Shown here: in pieces, positions 1 to 11,482 of the stretch
How positions within the stretch are numbered: position 1 is the first letter of the stretch
Layout of the letters: each line of letters starts with the position of its first letter
Assembly (NCBI GenBank): GCA_025929365.1
Contig: JAICMG010000005.1
Span: 1-52,334, forward strand
Origin: Frankiaceae bacterium
GTDB taxonomy: Bacteria > Actinomycetota > Actinomycetes > JAFAQI01
DNA length: 52,334 nucleotides
Direction of reading: 5' to 3'
Program-made: the position numbers and the translations under genes
The notes under the pieces: model-generated
Seen by the model: only the letters and a program-made list of their open reading frames with translations
What the model was told of the DNA's origin: nothing
Databases searched by the model: none

Positions 1-325
1 GTGTCTCAGTCCCAGTGTGGCTGACCGTCCTCTCAGACCAGCTACCCGTCGACGCCTTGGTGGGCCGTTACCCCACCAACAAGCTGATAGGCCGCGGGCC
101 CATCCTCCGCCGAAAAACTTTCCACCAAACGAGATGTCTCGCCAGGTCGTATCCGGTATTAGCTCCGGTTTCCCGGGGTTATCCCAGAGCGGAGGGCAGG
201 TTGCCCACGTGTTACTCACCCGTTCGCCACTAGGTCACCTCCCCGAAGGGAGGGCCTCGTTCGACTTGCATGTGTTAAGCACGCCGCCAGCGTTCGTCCT
301 GAGCCAGGATCAAACTCTCCATTGA
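1..325 (-). rRNA. rrs: 16S rRNA gene, 5' portion (truncated at window edge)
   Basis: Reverse complement of the universal 27F site AGAGTTTGATCCTGGCTCAG at 299-318, followed by GACGAACGCTGGCGGCGTGCTTAACACATGCAAGTCGAACG (actinobacterial type). Exact 5' end approximate. Confidence 0.98.
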
Positions 326-523
326 TGTCTGCTCGGCAGGCGAGCACAAGGCTCCCCTGCCAAACTCAACAGAGCCACGTCCGCTGGTGCGGAGCGTGGA
401 TCTTGTATCTCCTGGCGTTGAGCAGACGTTGGTTGTGCTGTTCGTCTGTCATCGCCAAATCGAACCGTGCCGACCTCGCCGAAGCGAGACGTCACGGATC
501 AGTTGGCACTGACTTTTGGCACG

Positions 524-539
524 CTGTTGAGTTCTCAAG
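524..539 (-). promoter_or_regulatory. rrn leader conserved boxA-like/processing-stem motif
   Basis: Minus strand CTTGAGAACTCAACAG, the motif typical of actinobacterial rrn leaders and spacers. Confidence 0.75.
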
Positions 540-592
540 GGACAGATGCGCACCGCTCACGGCCTCTCGACCGATCTCGGGGCAACCGAGCC

Positions 593-622
593 ACGCTATG
601 TCAGCGGGGGGAGGCGAGTCAA
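593..622 (-). promoter_or_regulatory. SigA-type rrn promoter
   Basis: TTGACT (622-617), 18-nt spacer, TAGCGT (598-593), between the tyrS stop and the rrn leader. Confidence 0.8.
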
Positions 623-647
623 AGAATCGGGCCCACCAGTTTCACGC

Positions 648-1919
648 TCAGCGCCCGTTCAATCGTACTCCGGCCAGCGACCGCTTCCCGCGCCTCAGAA
701 CGAGCCACCCCCCGGGCAGCAGATCGGCGTCCGACGGGGTCACCTCGGCGTCGGTCAGCCGGACGTTGTTGAGGTACGCGCCACCCTCGTCGACCGCCCG
801 CCGGGCCGCTGACTTGCTGGCGCACAGGCCGGTGGCCACCAGGAGGTCCGTCACGCTCGGCAAGGTCCCCTCGATGGTGACGTTCGGGGCCTCAGTGAGC
901 GCTGCGTCCAATGTGGCGGCATCCAGTGCCCCCAGCTCACCCTGTCCGAACAGCGCTGAGCTAGCCGCGATCACCCGTGCGGTCTCTTCGTGACCGTGAA
1001 CGAGCGTGGTGAGCTCCTCCGCGAGCCTGCGCGCCGCCGTACGCGCCTGCGGCCGCTCGGCGGTCTCCTGGTCGAGCGCCTCGATCTCCTCACGAGGCAA
1101 GAAGGTGAAGTAGCGCAAATAAGGGCCTACGTCCCGGTCGTCGACGTTGATCCAGTACTGGAAGAAGGCGTACGGCGAGGTGAGCGCCGCGTCGAGCCAC
1201 AACCGCCCGCCGCCCGTCGACTTGCCGAACTTCTCCCCCGAAGCCGACGTGACGAGCGGGGTGGTGAGCGCATGACCTGTGCCACCCTCCACGCGGCGAA
1301 TGAGGTCGAGCCCGGCAACGATGTTGCCCCATTGGTCGCTCCCCCCGGTCTGCAAGCGGCAGCCGTAGCGGCGGTAGAGCTCGAGGAAGTCGTAGGCCTG
1401 CAGCAGCATGTAGCTGAACTCGGTATAGGAGATCCCGCCGGCCTCGAGCCGCGCGCTCACCGACTCACGGCCGAGCATCACGTTGACCGAGAAGTGCTTG
1501 CCCACGTCACGCAGGAAGTCCAGTGCGGACAGGTCAGCCGTCCAGTCGATGTTGTTCGCCAGGACTGCCGCGCCGCCGGATATGTCGACGAAGCGCTCGA
1601 GTTGCGGCTTGATCCGCTCGAGCCGAGCGGAGACTTCCTCGCGGGTGACGAAGTCGCGCTCGCTGGACCGGCCGCTCGGATCGCCGATCAACCCGGTCGC
1701 GCCACCTGCCAGCACGATCGGGCGGTGACCTGCCAGCTGGAAGCGTCGCAGCGTGACCAGCTGAAGGAGATTGCCGGCATGCAGGCTCTCAGCAGTCGGG
1801 TCGAACCCGCAGTACAGCGTCACCGGGCCAGCGGCCAAGTCCTTGTGCAGCGCGTCCGCGTCGGTGGTCTGCGCGATCAGTCCTCGCCACGCAAGCTCGT
1901 CGAGGACGTCAATGGTCAT
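648..1919 (-). CDS. tyrS: Tyrosyl-tRNA synthetase
   Basis: [15 protein letters not shown] (HIGH-like), [16 protein letters not shown] (KMSKS-like), C-terminal S4 domain LRRGK. Confidence 0.98.
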   Translation of the reverse strand: MTIDVLDELAWRGLIAQTTDADALHKDLAAGPVTLYCGFDPTAESLHAGNLLQLVTLRRFQLAGHRPIVLAGGATGLIGDPSGRSSERDFVTREEVSARLERIKPQLERFVDISGGAAVLANNIDWTADLSALDFLRDVGKHFSVNVMLGRESVSARLEAGGISYTEFSYMLLQAYDFLELYRRYGCRLQTGGSDQWGNIVAGLDLIRRVEGGTGHALTTPLVTSASGEKFGKSTGGGRLWLDAALTSPYAFFQYWINVDDRDVGPYLRYFTFLPREEIEALDQETAERPQARTAARRLAEELTTLVHGHEETARVIAASSALFGQGELGALDAATLDAALTEAPNVTIEGTLPSVTDLLVATGLCASKSAARRAVDEGGAYLNNVRLTDAEVTPSDADLLPGGWLVLRRGKRSLAGVRLNGR

Positions 1920-1931
1920 TCCGCCATTGTT

Positions 1932-2537
1932 TCAGGAGCGGCTGCGGACGCGTCGCACGTGCGCGCGGTACGGCGACACGGTCGGGTCGCCGGCGATCCA
2001 GAACCGCCATGGCCGATCCGCAGCGGCTGCGATGCCGACTCGCGGGCCGGTCATGACTGCCTCGTCCGGCACTCGTGCGCCCGGATGGAGACGTAGCGGT
2101 GATCGGCTGGCGGTCAGGTCGGCTCCGTTGAGATCTCGGCCGATCCCAAGTGCGAGACACAATCGCGCCGGTCCGCGTGCGTAGTCGCGCGGCTTCGCCG
2201 TTGGTCGCCGAGCGGCAACGATGTCGTTACCGGCGATCACCTCGCCGGCCCGCAACAACACGGCCGAGGCGGTGCCGACCGGACCGCAGGCCACGTTGAC
2301 GCAGAAGTGCATGCCATAGGTGAAATACACGTAAGCGTGGCCGGGCGGGCCGAACATCACCGCGTTGCGCGCGGTCATGCCGCGAAACGCGTGCGAGGCG
2401 GGGTCGTTCCCGCCGTCGTAGGCCTCCACCTCGGTGAGGCGCACCGCGATGTCGCCGCTGCGAAGGATGCAGCCCAGCAGACCGGGCGCCACCTCAAGCA
2501 CCGGGCGGTCGAAGAAACCGCGCGGCAGCGGCTTCAC
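1932..2537 (-). CDS. mpg: DNA-3-methyladenine glycosylase (MPG/AAG family)
   Basis: [26 protein letters not shown] motifs. Start placed at the GTGA overlap with the argH stop. Confidence 0.93.
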   Translation of the reverse strand: MKPLPRGFFDRPVLEVAPGLLGCILRSGDIAVRLTEVEAYDGGNDPASHAFRGMTARNAVMFGPPGHAYVYFTYGMHFCVNVACGPVGTASAVLLRAGEVIAGNDIVAARRPTAKPRDYARGPARLCLALGIGRDLNGADLTASRSPLRLHPGARVPDEAVMTGPRVGIAAAADRPWRFWIAGDPTVSPYRAHVRRVRSRS

Positions 2538-3952
2538 GCCGTTCCGGCCCACTCCAACTGGCGGTGCACCGTGTCGCGCAGATCGGCGAGCTGCTCCGCA
2601 ACCCGAGCCGGCGCGGTGCCGCCCGGCGCGGACCGCGCCTCCACTGCACCGCGCACCGACAGAACGCCCCTGACGTCGGGCGTCAGATGCTCGCTGATCG
2701 CTGCGAGGGTGTCGTCGTCGACCTCTGAGAGGTCCAGACCCTTGGCCGCGCAGTACGCCACGAGCTCACCGACCGCTTCGTGCGCGTCACGGAACGGGAC
2801 ACCGCGACGGACCAGCAGCTCCGCGACGTCGGTCGCCAGCGCGTACCCATCCGCCGCTGTCGCCTCGAGCCGATCGACGTCCACCGTCATCGTCGCGATC
2901 ATTCCGCTCACCGCCGGCAGGACGAGCAGCAATGTGTCGACCGCATCGAACACCGGCTCCTTGTCCTCCTGCAGGTCGCGGTCATAGGCCAGGGGCAAGC
3001 CCTTGAGAACCGTGAGCAGCGCAGTGAGGTCACCGATCAGCCGACCCGCCTTGCCACGCGCGAGCTCGGCGACATCGGGGTTCTTCTTCTGCGGCATGAT
3101 CGACGACCCGGTACTGAAGGCGTCGTCGAGCTCGACCCAGCGGAACTCACTCGTCGCCCACAGCACGACCTCTTCGCCGAGCCGCGACAGATGCACGCCG
3201 ATGAGCGCGGCGGCAAACAGGAACTCCGCGGCGAAGTCTCGGTCGCTGACCGCGTCGAGGGAGTTTGCGGCGGCGCGCGCGAATCCGAGCTCCTTGGCAA
3301 CCGCGTCGGGATCGAGCGGAAGCGACGAGCCGGCGAGCGCGCCCGAGCCGAGCGGGCTCACCGACGCCCGAACATCCCAGTCCTGGAGCCGCGACACATC
3401 CCGCGCGAACGCCTGCACGTGGGCGAGCAGCTGGTGGGCGAACACGATCGGTTGCGCGTGCTGCATGTGGGTCAGGCCGGGCGCCGGAGCCTCGATCGTG
3501 CGCTCGGCTTGTGCCATGAGCTCGGACTCGAGCTCCGCGATGCGCGTCACGATCTGCCGTACGTGGTCGCGCAGGTACAGCCGCAGGTCCGTCGCGATCT
3601 GGTCGTTGCGGCTACGGCCGGCGCGCAGCTTCCCGCCGAGCGCACCGACCCGCTCGAGCAGACCGCGTTCCAGGGCGGTGTGGACGTCCTCGTCCTCAGC
3701 AGCCGGCCGGAACACGCCGTTGTGCGCGTCGTGGTCGAGGTCGGCGAGTGCGGTGAGGATCCGCTCGACCTCGGTGTCGTCGAGCAGGCCGGCGCGGTGC
3801 AGCACGCGGGCATGGGCGCGCGAGGCGAGCAGGTCGTACGGAGCAAGCCGCCAGTCGAAGTGAACGCTCATCGACAACCGAGCGAGCGCGTCGGCAGGAC
3901 CGCCCGAGAAGCGCCCGCCCCACAGCCGAGTTGGCGGAGAGGATTCGGTCAC
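2534..3952 (-). CDS. argH: Argininosuccinate lyase
   Basis: [25 protein letters not shown]. Start reassigned to GTG 3952 with GAGG upstream. Confidence 0.97.
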   Translation of the reverse strand: MTESSPPTRLWGGRFSGGPADALARLSMSVHFDWRLAPYDLLASRAHARVLHRAGLLDDTEVERILTALADLDHDAHNGVFRPAAEDEDVHTALERGLLERVGALGGKLRAGRSRNDQIATDLRLYLRDHVRQIVTRIAELESELMAQAERTIEAPAPGLTHMQHAQPIVFAHQLLAHVQAFARDVSRLQDWDVRASVSPLGSGALAGSSLPLDPDAVAKELGFARAAANSLDAVSDRDFAAEFLFAAALIGVHLSRLGEEVVLWATSEFRWVELDDAFSTGSSIMPQKKNPDVAELARGKAGRLIGDLTALLTVLKGLPLAYDRDLQEDKEPVFDAVDTLLLVLPAVSGMIATMTVDVDRLEATAADGYALATDVAELLVRRGVPFRDAHEAVGELVAYCAAKGLDLSEVDDDTLAAISEHLTPDVRGVLSVRGAVEARSAPGGTAPARVAEQLADLRDTVHRQLEWAGTA

Positions 3953-4017
3953 GTCCTCTACCCCACCCTCCACCCGGAAGCGGTGGCTGCCCTCGCTTCG
4001 CTCCTGCAGCCACTCAT
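3949..4017 (-). repeat. MIRU-like intergenic element A (argG-argH) with 19-aa mini-ORF
   Basis: ATG overlaps the argG TGA. Hairpins GTGGCTGC..GCAGCCAC and CCACC..GGTGG. Tail GAGGGTGGGGTAGAGGACGTGA shared with elements B and C. Confidence 0.65.
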
Positions 4018-5213
4018 GAAAGCCGGTGATCCCGCTGGGCCGCCATCTTGCTGGGCAGTCCCCACAGCTCGACGAAGCCCTTCGCGAGCTTCTGGTCGAA
4101 CGTGTCGGCCGCGTCGTACGTCGCGAGGTTGTAGTCGTAGAGCGAGGCCTGGCTGCGCCGGCCGTTGACCACCGCACGGCCGCCGTGCAGCTGCATCCGG
4201 ATGTCGCCGCTGACGTGCACGGAGGCGGAGGCCACGAACTCGTCGAGCGCCCGCTTGAGCGGCGAGAACCACAGCCCGTCGTACACCAGCTCGGCCCAGC
4301 GCTGCTCGACGGCCCGCTTGAACCGCGACAGCTCCTTCTCGACGGTCAGGTCTTCGAGGTGACGGTGAGCCTCGATCAGCGTGAGGGCTCCCGGGGCCTC
4401 GTAGACCTCGCGGCTCTTGATCCCGACCAGCCTGTCCTCGACCATGTCGAGCCGCCCGACGCCTTGCGCGCCGGCGCGCTGGTTCAGCTGCTGGATGGCC
4501 TCGAGCATCGTGACCGGGGCGCCGTCGATGGCGGTCGGCGCACCGTCGACGAAGGTGATCACCACCTCGTCGGGCTCACGGGCAACGGTGGGGTCGGACG
4601 TGTAGGAGTAGACGTCCTCGATGGGCGCGTTCCAGACGTCTTCGAGGAAGCCGGTCTCGACCGCCCGTCCCCATACGTTCTGGTCGATCGAGTACGGCGA
4701 CTTCTTCGTGACGTCGATCGGGAGGCTCTTCTCCTCCGCGAACGCGATCGCCTTGTCGCGCGTCATTCCGGAGTCGCGGACCGGCGCGGTGACCGTGATG
4801 TCAGGCGCGAGAGCCGCGATTCCCACCTCGAACCGCACCTGGTCGTTGCCCTTGCCGGTGCAGCCGTGCGAGATCGTCGACGCGCCGAACTTCCTCGCCG
4901 CGTCCACCATGTGCTTGACGATCGTCGGCCTCGACAGCGCCGACACCAGCGGGTAGCGGTCCATGTACAGCGCGTTCGCCTTCAGCGCGGGCAGGCAGTA
5001 CTCGTCGGCGAACTCGGCGCGCGCGTCGACGACCACGGCCTCGACCGCACCGCACGCGAGGGCGCGCTCGCGGATGACGTCGAGGTCCTCACCACCCTGG
5101 CCGACGTCGGCCGCGACGGCGATCACCTCGGCGCCGGTCTCGGCGGCGATCCAGCCGATCGCTACGGAGGTGTCCAGTCCGCCTGAGTAGGCGAGGACGA
5201 CACGGTCGGTCAT
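4014..5213 (-). CDS. argG: Argininosuccinate synthase
   Basis: [37 protein letters not shown]. Confidence 0.98.
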   Translation of the reverse strand: MTDRVVLAYSGGLDTSVAIGWIAAETGAEVIAVAADVGQGGEDLDVIRERALACGAVEAVVVDARAEFADEYCLPALKANALYMDRYPLVSALSRPTIVKHMVDAARKFGASTISHGCTGKGNDQVRFEVGIAALAPDITVTAPVRDSGMTRDKAIAFAEEKSLPIDVTKKSPYSIDQNVWGRAVETGFLEDVWNAPIEDVYSYTSDPTVAREPDEVVITFVDGAPTAIDGAPVTMLEAIQQLNQRAGAQGVGRLDMVEDRLVGIKSREVYEAPGALTLIEAHRHLEDLTVEKELSRFKRAVEQRWAELVYDGLWFSPLKRALDEFVASASVHVSGDIRMQLHGGRAVVNGRRSQASLYDYNLATYDAADTFDQKLAKGFVELWGLPSKMAAQRDHRLS

Positions 5214-5264
5214 CTGGGAGTGCTCCTGTCAGTTGTTCGCATCATCTGGTGCCACGTCTATCCG

Positions 5265-5779
5265 TCAGAGTCCGGCCATTCGGCGGAGCCGTTCCGCCAC
5301 CTTCGCGCCGCCGCGGGGGTCGCGGGCCACGAGCAGCACAGTGTCGTCGCCCGCCACCGTGCCGAGGACGTCGGGTAGCCCGGCCCGGTCGATTGCCGAG
5401 GCGAGGAGGTGCGCGCCACCGGGTGGCGTCCGCGCCACCACGAGGTTGGCGCTCGCCTCCGCGGAGACCAGCAGCTCCGCCGCGAGCCGCGAGACGCGGC
5501 CGTCGCTGGCATCGCTGAGGGCGCGCAACACCGGCCCAGGGGCCTCCTCGCCGACGGCGTACACCGTGCCGCCGGATGGGTGCCGCACCTTCAGCGCACC
5601 CATCTCTTCGAGATCGCGCGACAGCGTCCCCTGCGTGACCGCCACGCCCTCTGCCGCCAGCAAACGCGCAAGCTCGGCTTGCGAACGCACCGGCTGTGCG
5701 GACAGGACCGCAGCGATGCGGGACTGCCGTGCCGTTTTCGAGTGAGGCGCGCCGACGTCGCGTGCCTTGGCCGATGCCA

Positions 5780-5780
<1 letters not shown>
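5265..5780 (-). CDS. argR: Arginine repressor
   Basis: SQAEL..L...[13 protein letters not shown] winged-HTH; GTVAGDDT oligomerisation motif. Confidence 0.96.
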
Positions 5781-7124
<1,344 letters not shown>

Positions 7125-7128
<4 letters not shown>

Positions 7129-7186
7129 ACGCCCACCACCTCGTCCACCGCCCGGGAGCGGTGTTGGCTTCGCCAACTCATCTCAT
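7125..7186 (-). repeat. MIRU-like intergenic element D (argD-response regulator) with chained mini-ORFs
   Basis: ATG AGA TGA then an 18-aa ORF, all junctions ATGA overlaps. Hairpins GTTGGC-GAA-GCCAAC and CACCGC..GCGGTG. Confidence 0.65.
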
Positions 7187-8379
7187 GCCTCCATCGCGCT
7201 CGACGCTGCATCAAGAATGCTCGGCAAGGCCGCGGAGAACGACTCGGCGTCGTCTGCGGCAAGGATCAGCGGCGGCGCGATCCGGATCGCGTCCGGACCC
7301 GTGGCGTTGACGAGAAAGCCCTGCCGGCGAGCGGCCGTCTCGATGGCCGGCCCTGCTCCAGGGACGTCGAGCCCGATCCAGAGCCCGCGGCCGCGGACTC
7401 CCTTCAGCACCCCGCCGCTGCATGCGCCGAGCGCCCCCATCCACTCCTCGCCGAGCTCGTCGACCTGCTTGAGCAGCCCCTCCGACTCGATGACGTCGAT
7501 CACCGCGAGCGCGGCCGCGCACGAAACCGGGTTGCCGCCGAACGTCGAGCCGTGGTCGCCCTTCTGCAGCGCCACCGCGGCCTCCCCGGTCGCGAGGCAG
7601 GCACCCACAGGCAGTCCACCGCCGAGCCCCTTCGCCACCGTGACGATGTCGGGGACGACGGCCTCGTGCTGGTGGGCGAACCATGCGCCGGTCCGGCCGA
7701 TGCCGCCCTGCACCTCGTCCACAACCAGGAGTGCGCCCACGGTGTCGCACGCGGCGCGAGCCGCGGTCAGGTAGCCGGCCGGCGGTGGGATCACCCCGGC
7801 CTCACCGAGCGTCGGCTCGAGGAAGACCGCTGCGGTGTCGCCGTCGACGGCCGCCACAAGAGCGGCGGCATCGCCGTAGGGCACGAACGCGACATCGATG
7901 CCGAACGGGCCGAACGGCTCGCGGATCGCTGCCTTGCCCGTCAAGGCGAGCGCGCCCAGCGTGCGGCCGTGGAAGGAGTTCTCAGCGGCAACGAACCGTC
8001 GCCGACCTGGACGCGCCCGCAACGCCGTCTTGATCGCGGCCTCGTTCGCGGTCGCGCCGTCGTTGCTCAGGAAGACGCGTACGCCGTCGACGCCCATCAG
8101 CTCGGCCAGCCGTTCGGCGAGCTGCAGCGCCGGCGGGTTGATGAACAGGTTCGAGGTGTGCGCGATCGTCGCCACCTGCTTCGAGACCGCGTCGACGACC
8201 GCCGGATGCGCGTGCCCGAGCGACGAGACCGCAATGCCCGCGATGAGGTCGAGGTACTCCCGGCCGTCGGCATCGGTGACCCGGCACCCGGACCCGCCGA
8301 CCAGCGCGACCGGCGGCGTCCCGTAGTTGCGCATCATGGTCGCGTCCCACCGCCGCTGGAACGCCTCCGTCGCACTCAT
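7183..8379 (-). CDS. argD: Acetylornithine aminotransferase
   Basis: [25 protein letters not shown] (PLP lysine), [13 protein letters not shown] overlap with argB. Confidence 0.96.
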   Translation of the reverse strand: MSATEAFQRRWDATMMRNYGTPPVALVGGSGCRVTDADGREYLDLIAGIAVSSLGHAHPAVVDAVSKQVATIAHTSNLFINPPALQLAERLAELMGVDGVRVFLSNDGATANEAAIKTALRARPGRRRFVAAENSFHGRTLGALALTGKAAIREPFGPFGIDVAFVPYGDAAALVAAVDGDTAAVFLEPTLGEAGVIPPPAGYLTAARAACDTVGALLVVDEVQGGIGRTGAWFAHQHEAVVPDIVTVAKGLGGGLPVGACLATGEAAVALQKGDHGSTFGGNPVSCAAALAVIDVIESEGLLKQVDELGEEWMGALGACSGGVLKGVRGRGLWIGLDVPGAGPAIETAARRQGFLVNATGPDAIRIAPPLILAADDAESFSAALPSILDAASSAMEA

Positions 8380-9251
8380 GCGACAACCATCGTGCCGACG
8401 CCGGAGTCGGTCAGCAGCTCGAGCAGGAGGGCGTGCGGCACTCTGCCGTCGAGGACGTGCGCCGCCCCGACCCCGCCCTTCACCGCCCGCAGGCATGCCT
8501 CCATCTTCGGGATCATCCCCTCTGACAGTCCGGGAAGCATCGCGGCGAGCTCGTCGGCGGTCAGCCGGCTGATCACCTCGGTGCTGCTCGGCCAGTCGGC
8601 GTACAGCCCCTCGACATCGGTGAGAACGACGAGCTTCTCGGCGCACACGGCGACGGCGACCGCGGCAGCAGCAGTGTCCGCGTTGACGTTGTAGACCTCA
8701 CCGGTCTCGCCGCGGCACACACTCGCGATCACCGGGATCCGGCCATCGGCGAGCAGCCCTTCGACGACCCCTGGCTCGACGTGGTCGACGTCGCCGACCA
8801 GGCCGATGTCGACCTCCTCGCCTTCGACGATGCCCGGACGGCGCGACGCCGTCATCAGCCGGCCGTCTTCGCCCGACAGCCCGACCGCGAACGGGCCGTG
8901 AGCGTTCAGCAGGCCGACGATCTCCCGCTGGACCTGGCCGACGAGCACCATCCGGACCACGTCCATCGTCTCAGGCGTCGTGACCCGAAGCCCGCCTGCG
9001 AACTTCTGCTCGATGCCGAGCCGGTCGAGGTGGGCGTTGATCTGCGGTCCGCCGCCGTGAACGACGACGACCTTGATCCCGGCGTACCGCAGGAAGACGA
9101 CATCCTCTGCGAACGCCTCGCGAAGCGGTTCTTCGGTCATCGCGTTGCCGCCGTACTTCACGACGACAGTCCGGCCGTGGAACTGCTCGAGCCACGGCAG
9201 CGCCTCGACCAGCGCCCCGGCGGTTTGCTGGCGATCGATTGACCTGCTCAT
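8376..9251 (-). CDS. argB: Acetylglutamate kinase
   Basis: [31 protein letters not shown] overlap with argJ. Confidence 0.97.
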   Translation of the reverse strand: MSRSIDRQQTAGALVEALPWLEQFHGRTVVVKYGGNAMTEEPLREAFAEDVVFLRYAGIKVVVVHGGGPQINAHLDRLGIEQKFAGGLRVTTPETMDVVRMVLVGQVQREIVGLLNAHGPFAVGLSGEDGRLMTASRRPGIVEGEEVDIGLVGDVDHVEPGVVEGLLADGRIPVIASVCRGETGEVYNVNADTAAAAVAVAVCAEKLVVLTDVEGLYADWPSSTEVISRLTADELAAMLPGLSEGMIPKMEACLRAVKGGVGAAHVLDGRVPHALLLELLTDSGVGTMVVA

Positions 9252-10402
9252 GTCGAGTACGCCGAGTTCTCGTGCACGTAGGCGGCGGTCAGGTCGTTGC
9301 TCCACACCGTCGCGGTGTGAGGACCGGCCTTGAGATCGACGACGATCTCGACCTCCCGACCGCTCATGTCGACCTTCGCCGGATCATCGCCGGGCGCGCT
9401 GTCGCGGCACACCCACACCCCGTTGATCGCCGAGTCGAGCGCATCTGCATCGAACGCCGCACTCGTCGTCCCGACGGCGGCGAGGATGCGACCCCAATTC
9501 GGGTCCTCGCCGTGCAGCGCGCATTTCAACAGGTTGCTGCGCGACACTGCGCGGGCAACCTCCACCGCGTCACTGACCGACGCGGCACCTTTGACCTCGA
9601 TGCGAATGTCCTTGCTTGCGCCCTCGGCGTCCGCGACCAGCTGGCGGGCGAGGGACGCGCACACCTCGTAGACCGCCGCGTCGAGCTCGGCCTGGCTCGG
9701 CCGCACGCCCGATGCGCCACTAGCGAGCAGGAGCACGGTGTCGTTGGTCGACATGCAACCGTCCGAGTCGATCCGGTCGAAGGTGAGTGCGCTGGCGGAC
9801 TGCAACGCCTGAGCCAGTGCCGCGGAATCCGACACCACATCCGTCGTGAGCACGCAGAGCATCGTGGCGAGCGAGGGCGCAAGCATGCCGGCGCCCTTCG
9901 CCATCCCGCCCACCGACCACCCGTCGCCGGAGACGTGCGCTTCCTTGGAGACCGTGTCCGTCGTACGAATCGCGTCAGCAGCGGCTGCGCCGCCTTCGTC
10001 CGAGAGGCTCGCCACGGCCGCTGCAACGCCGCCTCGAAGGAGATCGAGCGGCGGCGGCTCGCCGATCTTGCCGGTCGAGCACACCGCCACCTCGCCCGCG
10101 CCGACGCCGAGTGCAGCGGCTACTGCCTCTGCGGTTGCGTGCGTGATCTGGAACCCGGCCGCCCCGGTGCAGGCGTTGGCGTACTTGGCGTTCAACACAA
10201 CGGCAGACACCGCGCCGCCGGCCAGAACCTGCTCAGACCACAGCACAGGCGCCGCCTTCACGCGGTTGGCGGTGAACACTCCCGCCGCGGCCTTCAGCGG
10301 CCCGTCGTTGACGACGAGCGCGACGTCACGCCCGCTGTCCTTCAACCCCGCCGCGACACCGGCAGCCCGAAACCCCTTGGGTGCGGTCACGCCCCCGGTC
10401 AT
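9248..10402 (-). CDS. argJ: Ornithine acetyltransferase
   Basis: [44 protein letters not shown] overlap with argC. Confidence 0.97.
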   Translation of the reverse strand: MTGGVTAPKGFRAAGVAAGLKDSGRDVALVVNDGPLKAAAGVFTANRVKAAPVLWSEQVLAGGAVSAVVLNAKYANACTGAAGFQITHATAEAVAAALGVGAGEVAVCSTGKIGEPPPLDLLRGGVAAAVASLSDEGGAAAADAIRTTDTVSKEAHVSGDGWSVGGMAKGAGMLAPSLATMLCVLTTDVVSDSAALAQALQSASALTFDRIDSDGCMSTNDTVLLLASGASGVRPSQAELDAAVYEVCASLARQLVADAEGASKDIRIEVKGAASVSDAVEVARAVSRSNLLKCALHGEDPNWGRILAAVGTTSAAFDADALDSAINGVWVCRDSAPGDDPAKVDMSGREVEIVVDLKAGPHTATVWSNDLTAAYVHENSAYST

Positions 10403-11427
10403 GGCGCGATCCCGTGTCGGGGCAACCCGGCCGTCTCCGGCAGTCCGAGCATCAAGTTGGCGTTCTGGATCGCCTGACCGGCCGCTCCCTTGCCGAGGTT
10501 GTCCAATGCGACCAGCACAACCGCCCGGCCCGGATCGGCGTCGGCGACGACCTGCAGATGCGCGCTGTTCGACCCTGCCGTCGCGGCGGTACGAGGCAGC
10601 TGGCCTGCCGGCAACAGAGAGACGAACGGCTCGTCGTCGTAGCACCGGAGCGCACCACGCAGTGCAGCCTCGTCGACGCCTGGCCGCAGCTTCGCCGTGC
10701 AGGTCGCGAGGATGCCTCTCGGCATGGGCACGAGCATGGGCGTGAACGAGAGCGTGACGTCACGGCCCGCGATCGCGCGCAGCGACTGCCTGATCTCCCC
10801 GATGTGACGGTGAGCGCCGCCGACCTTGTAGGCCGACAGATCGCCCATCACCTCGCTGGCGAGCAGCTCGACCGACGCTGCCCGTCCGGCCCCGCTCGTG
10901 CCGCTACCCGCCACGACCACCAAGTCGGTGGACTCGACCAGCTCCCCGGTCAGCAGCGGCGCGAGTGCGAGCTGCACGGCGGTCGCGTAGCAGCCGGGGT
11001 TCGCGACCCGCCGCGCCGCCGAGATCGTCGCGCGAGCTCCTGGCAGCTCAGGCAGGCCGTAGGGCCAGCTGCCGGCGTGGTCACCGCCGTACCAGCGCTC
11101 CCAGTCGGCCGCGTCCGCAAGCCGAAAGTCCGATCCGACGTCGACGACGTAGGTGTTCTCGGGAAGCCGCGCAACCACCTCGGCCGCCGCGCCGTGCGGA
11201 AGGGCGAGGAAGACCAGCTCGGCATCCGCGAGCTCCGGCGTCGCGGTGTCGAGCAGCACACGGTCGGCCAACGAGACCAGCTGCGGGTGCAGCTCCCCCA
11301 GCGTCCGGCCGGCGTTCCCGCCCGCGACCAGCGCGCCGACCTCGAGCGTCGGATGACCGTCGATCAGCCGAAGCAGCTCGCCGCCGGCATAGCCGCTGGC
11401 GCCCACCACCGCGGTCCGGATGCCCAT
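10399..11427 (-). CDS. argC: N-acetyl-gamma-glutamyl-phosphate reductase
   Basis: VVGASGYAGGELLR, ANPGCYAT, DNLGKGAAGQAIQN. Confidence 0.97.
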   Translation of the reverse strand: MGIRTAVVGASGYAGGELLRLIDGHPTLEVGALVAGGNAGRTLGELHPQLVSLADRVLLDTATPELADAELVFLALPHGAAAEVVARLPENTYVVDVGSDFRLADAADWERWYGGDHAGSWPYGLPELPGARATISAARRVANPGCYATAVQLALAPLLTGELVESTDLVVVAGSGTSGAGRAASVELLASEVMGDLSAYKVGGAHRHIGEIRQSLRAIAGRDVTLSFTPMLVPMPRGILATCTAKLRPGVDEAALRGALRCYDDEPFVSLLPAGQLPRTAATAGSNSAHLQVVADADPGRAVVLVALDNLGKGAAGQAIQNANLMLGLPETAGLPRHGIAP

Positions 11428-11440
11428 GGCCGAGATGCTA

Positions 11441-11475
11441 CTGCATGATCATGCAGGCGTTCGAGTGAGTATGCG
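11441..11475. promoter_or_regulatory. ArgR operator (ARG boxes) upstream of argC
   Basis: Perfect 16-bp palindrome CTGCATGATCATGCAG (11441-11456) matching TGCAT-N4-ATGCA; degenerate second box 20 bp away (11462-11475); abuts a -10-like TAGCAT (11440-11435). Confidence 0.85.
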
Positions 11476-11482
11476 CGGACCG

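Noticed and set aside
15-993. ORFs over the 16S gene and rrn leader
   Set aside because: They overlap rRNA, its leader or antisense tyrS and show no protein motifs.
5210-5245. 11-aa ORF ending in an ATGA overlap with argG
   Set aside because: Not coupled to the argR stop, lacks the hairpins and tail of the MIRU-like family, and argG has its own SD; likely chance.
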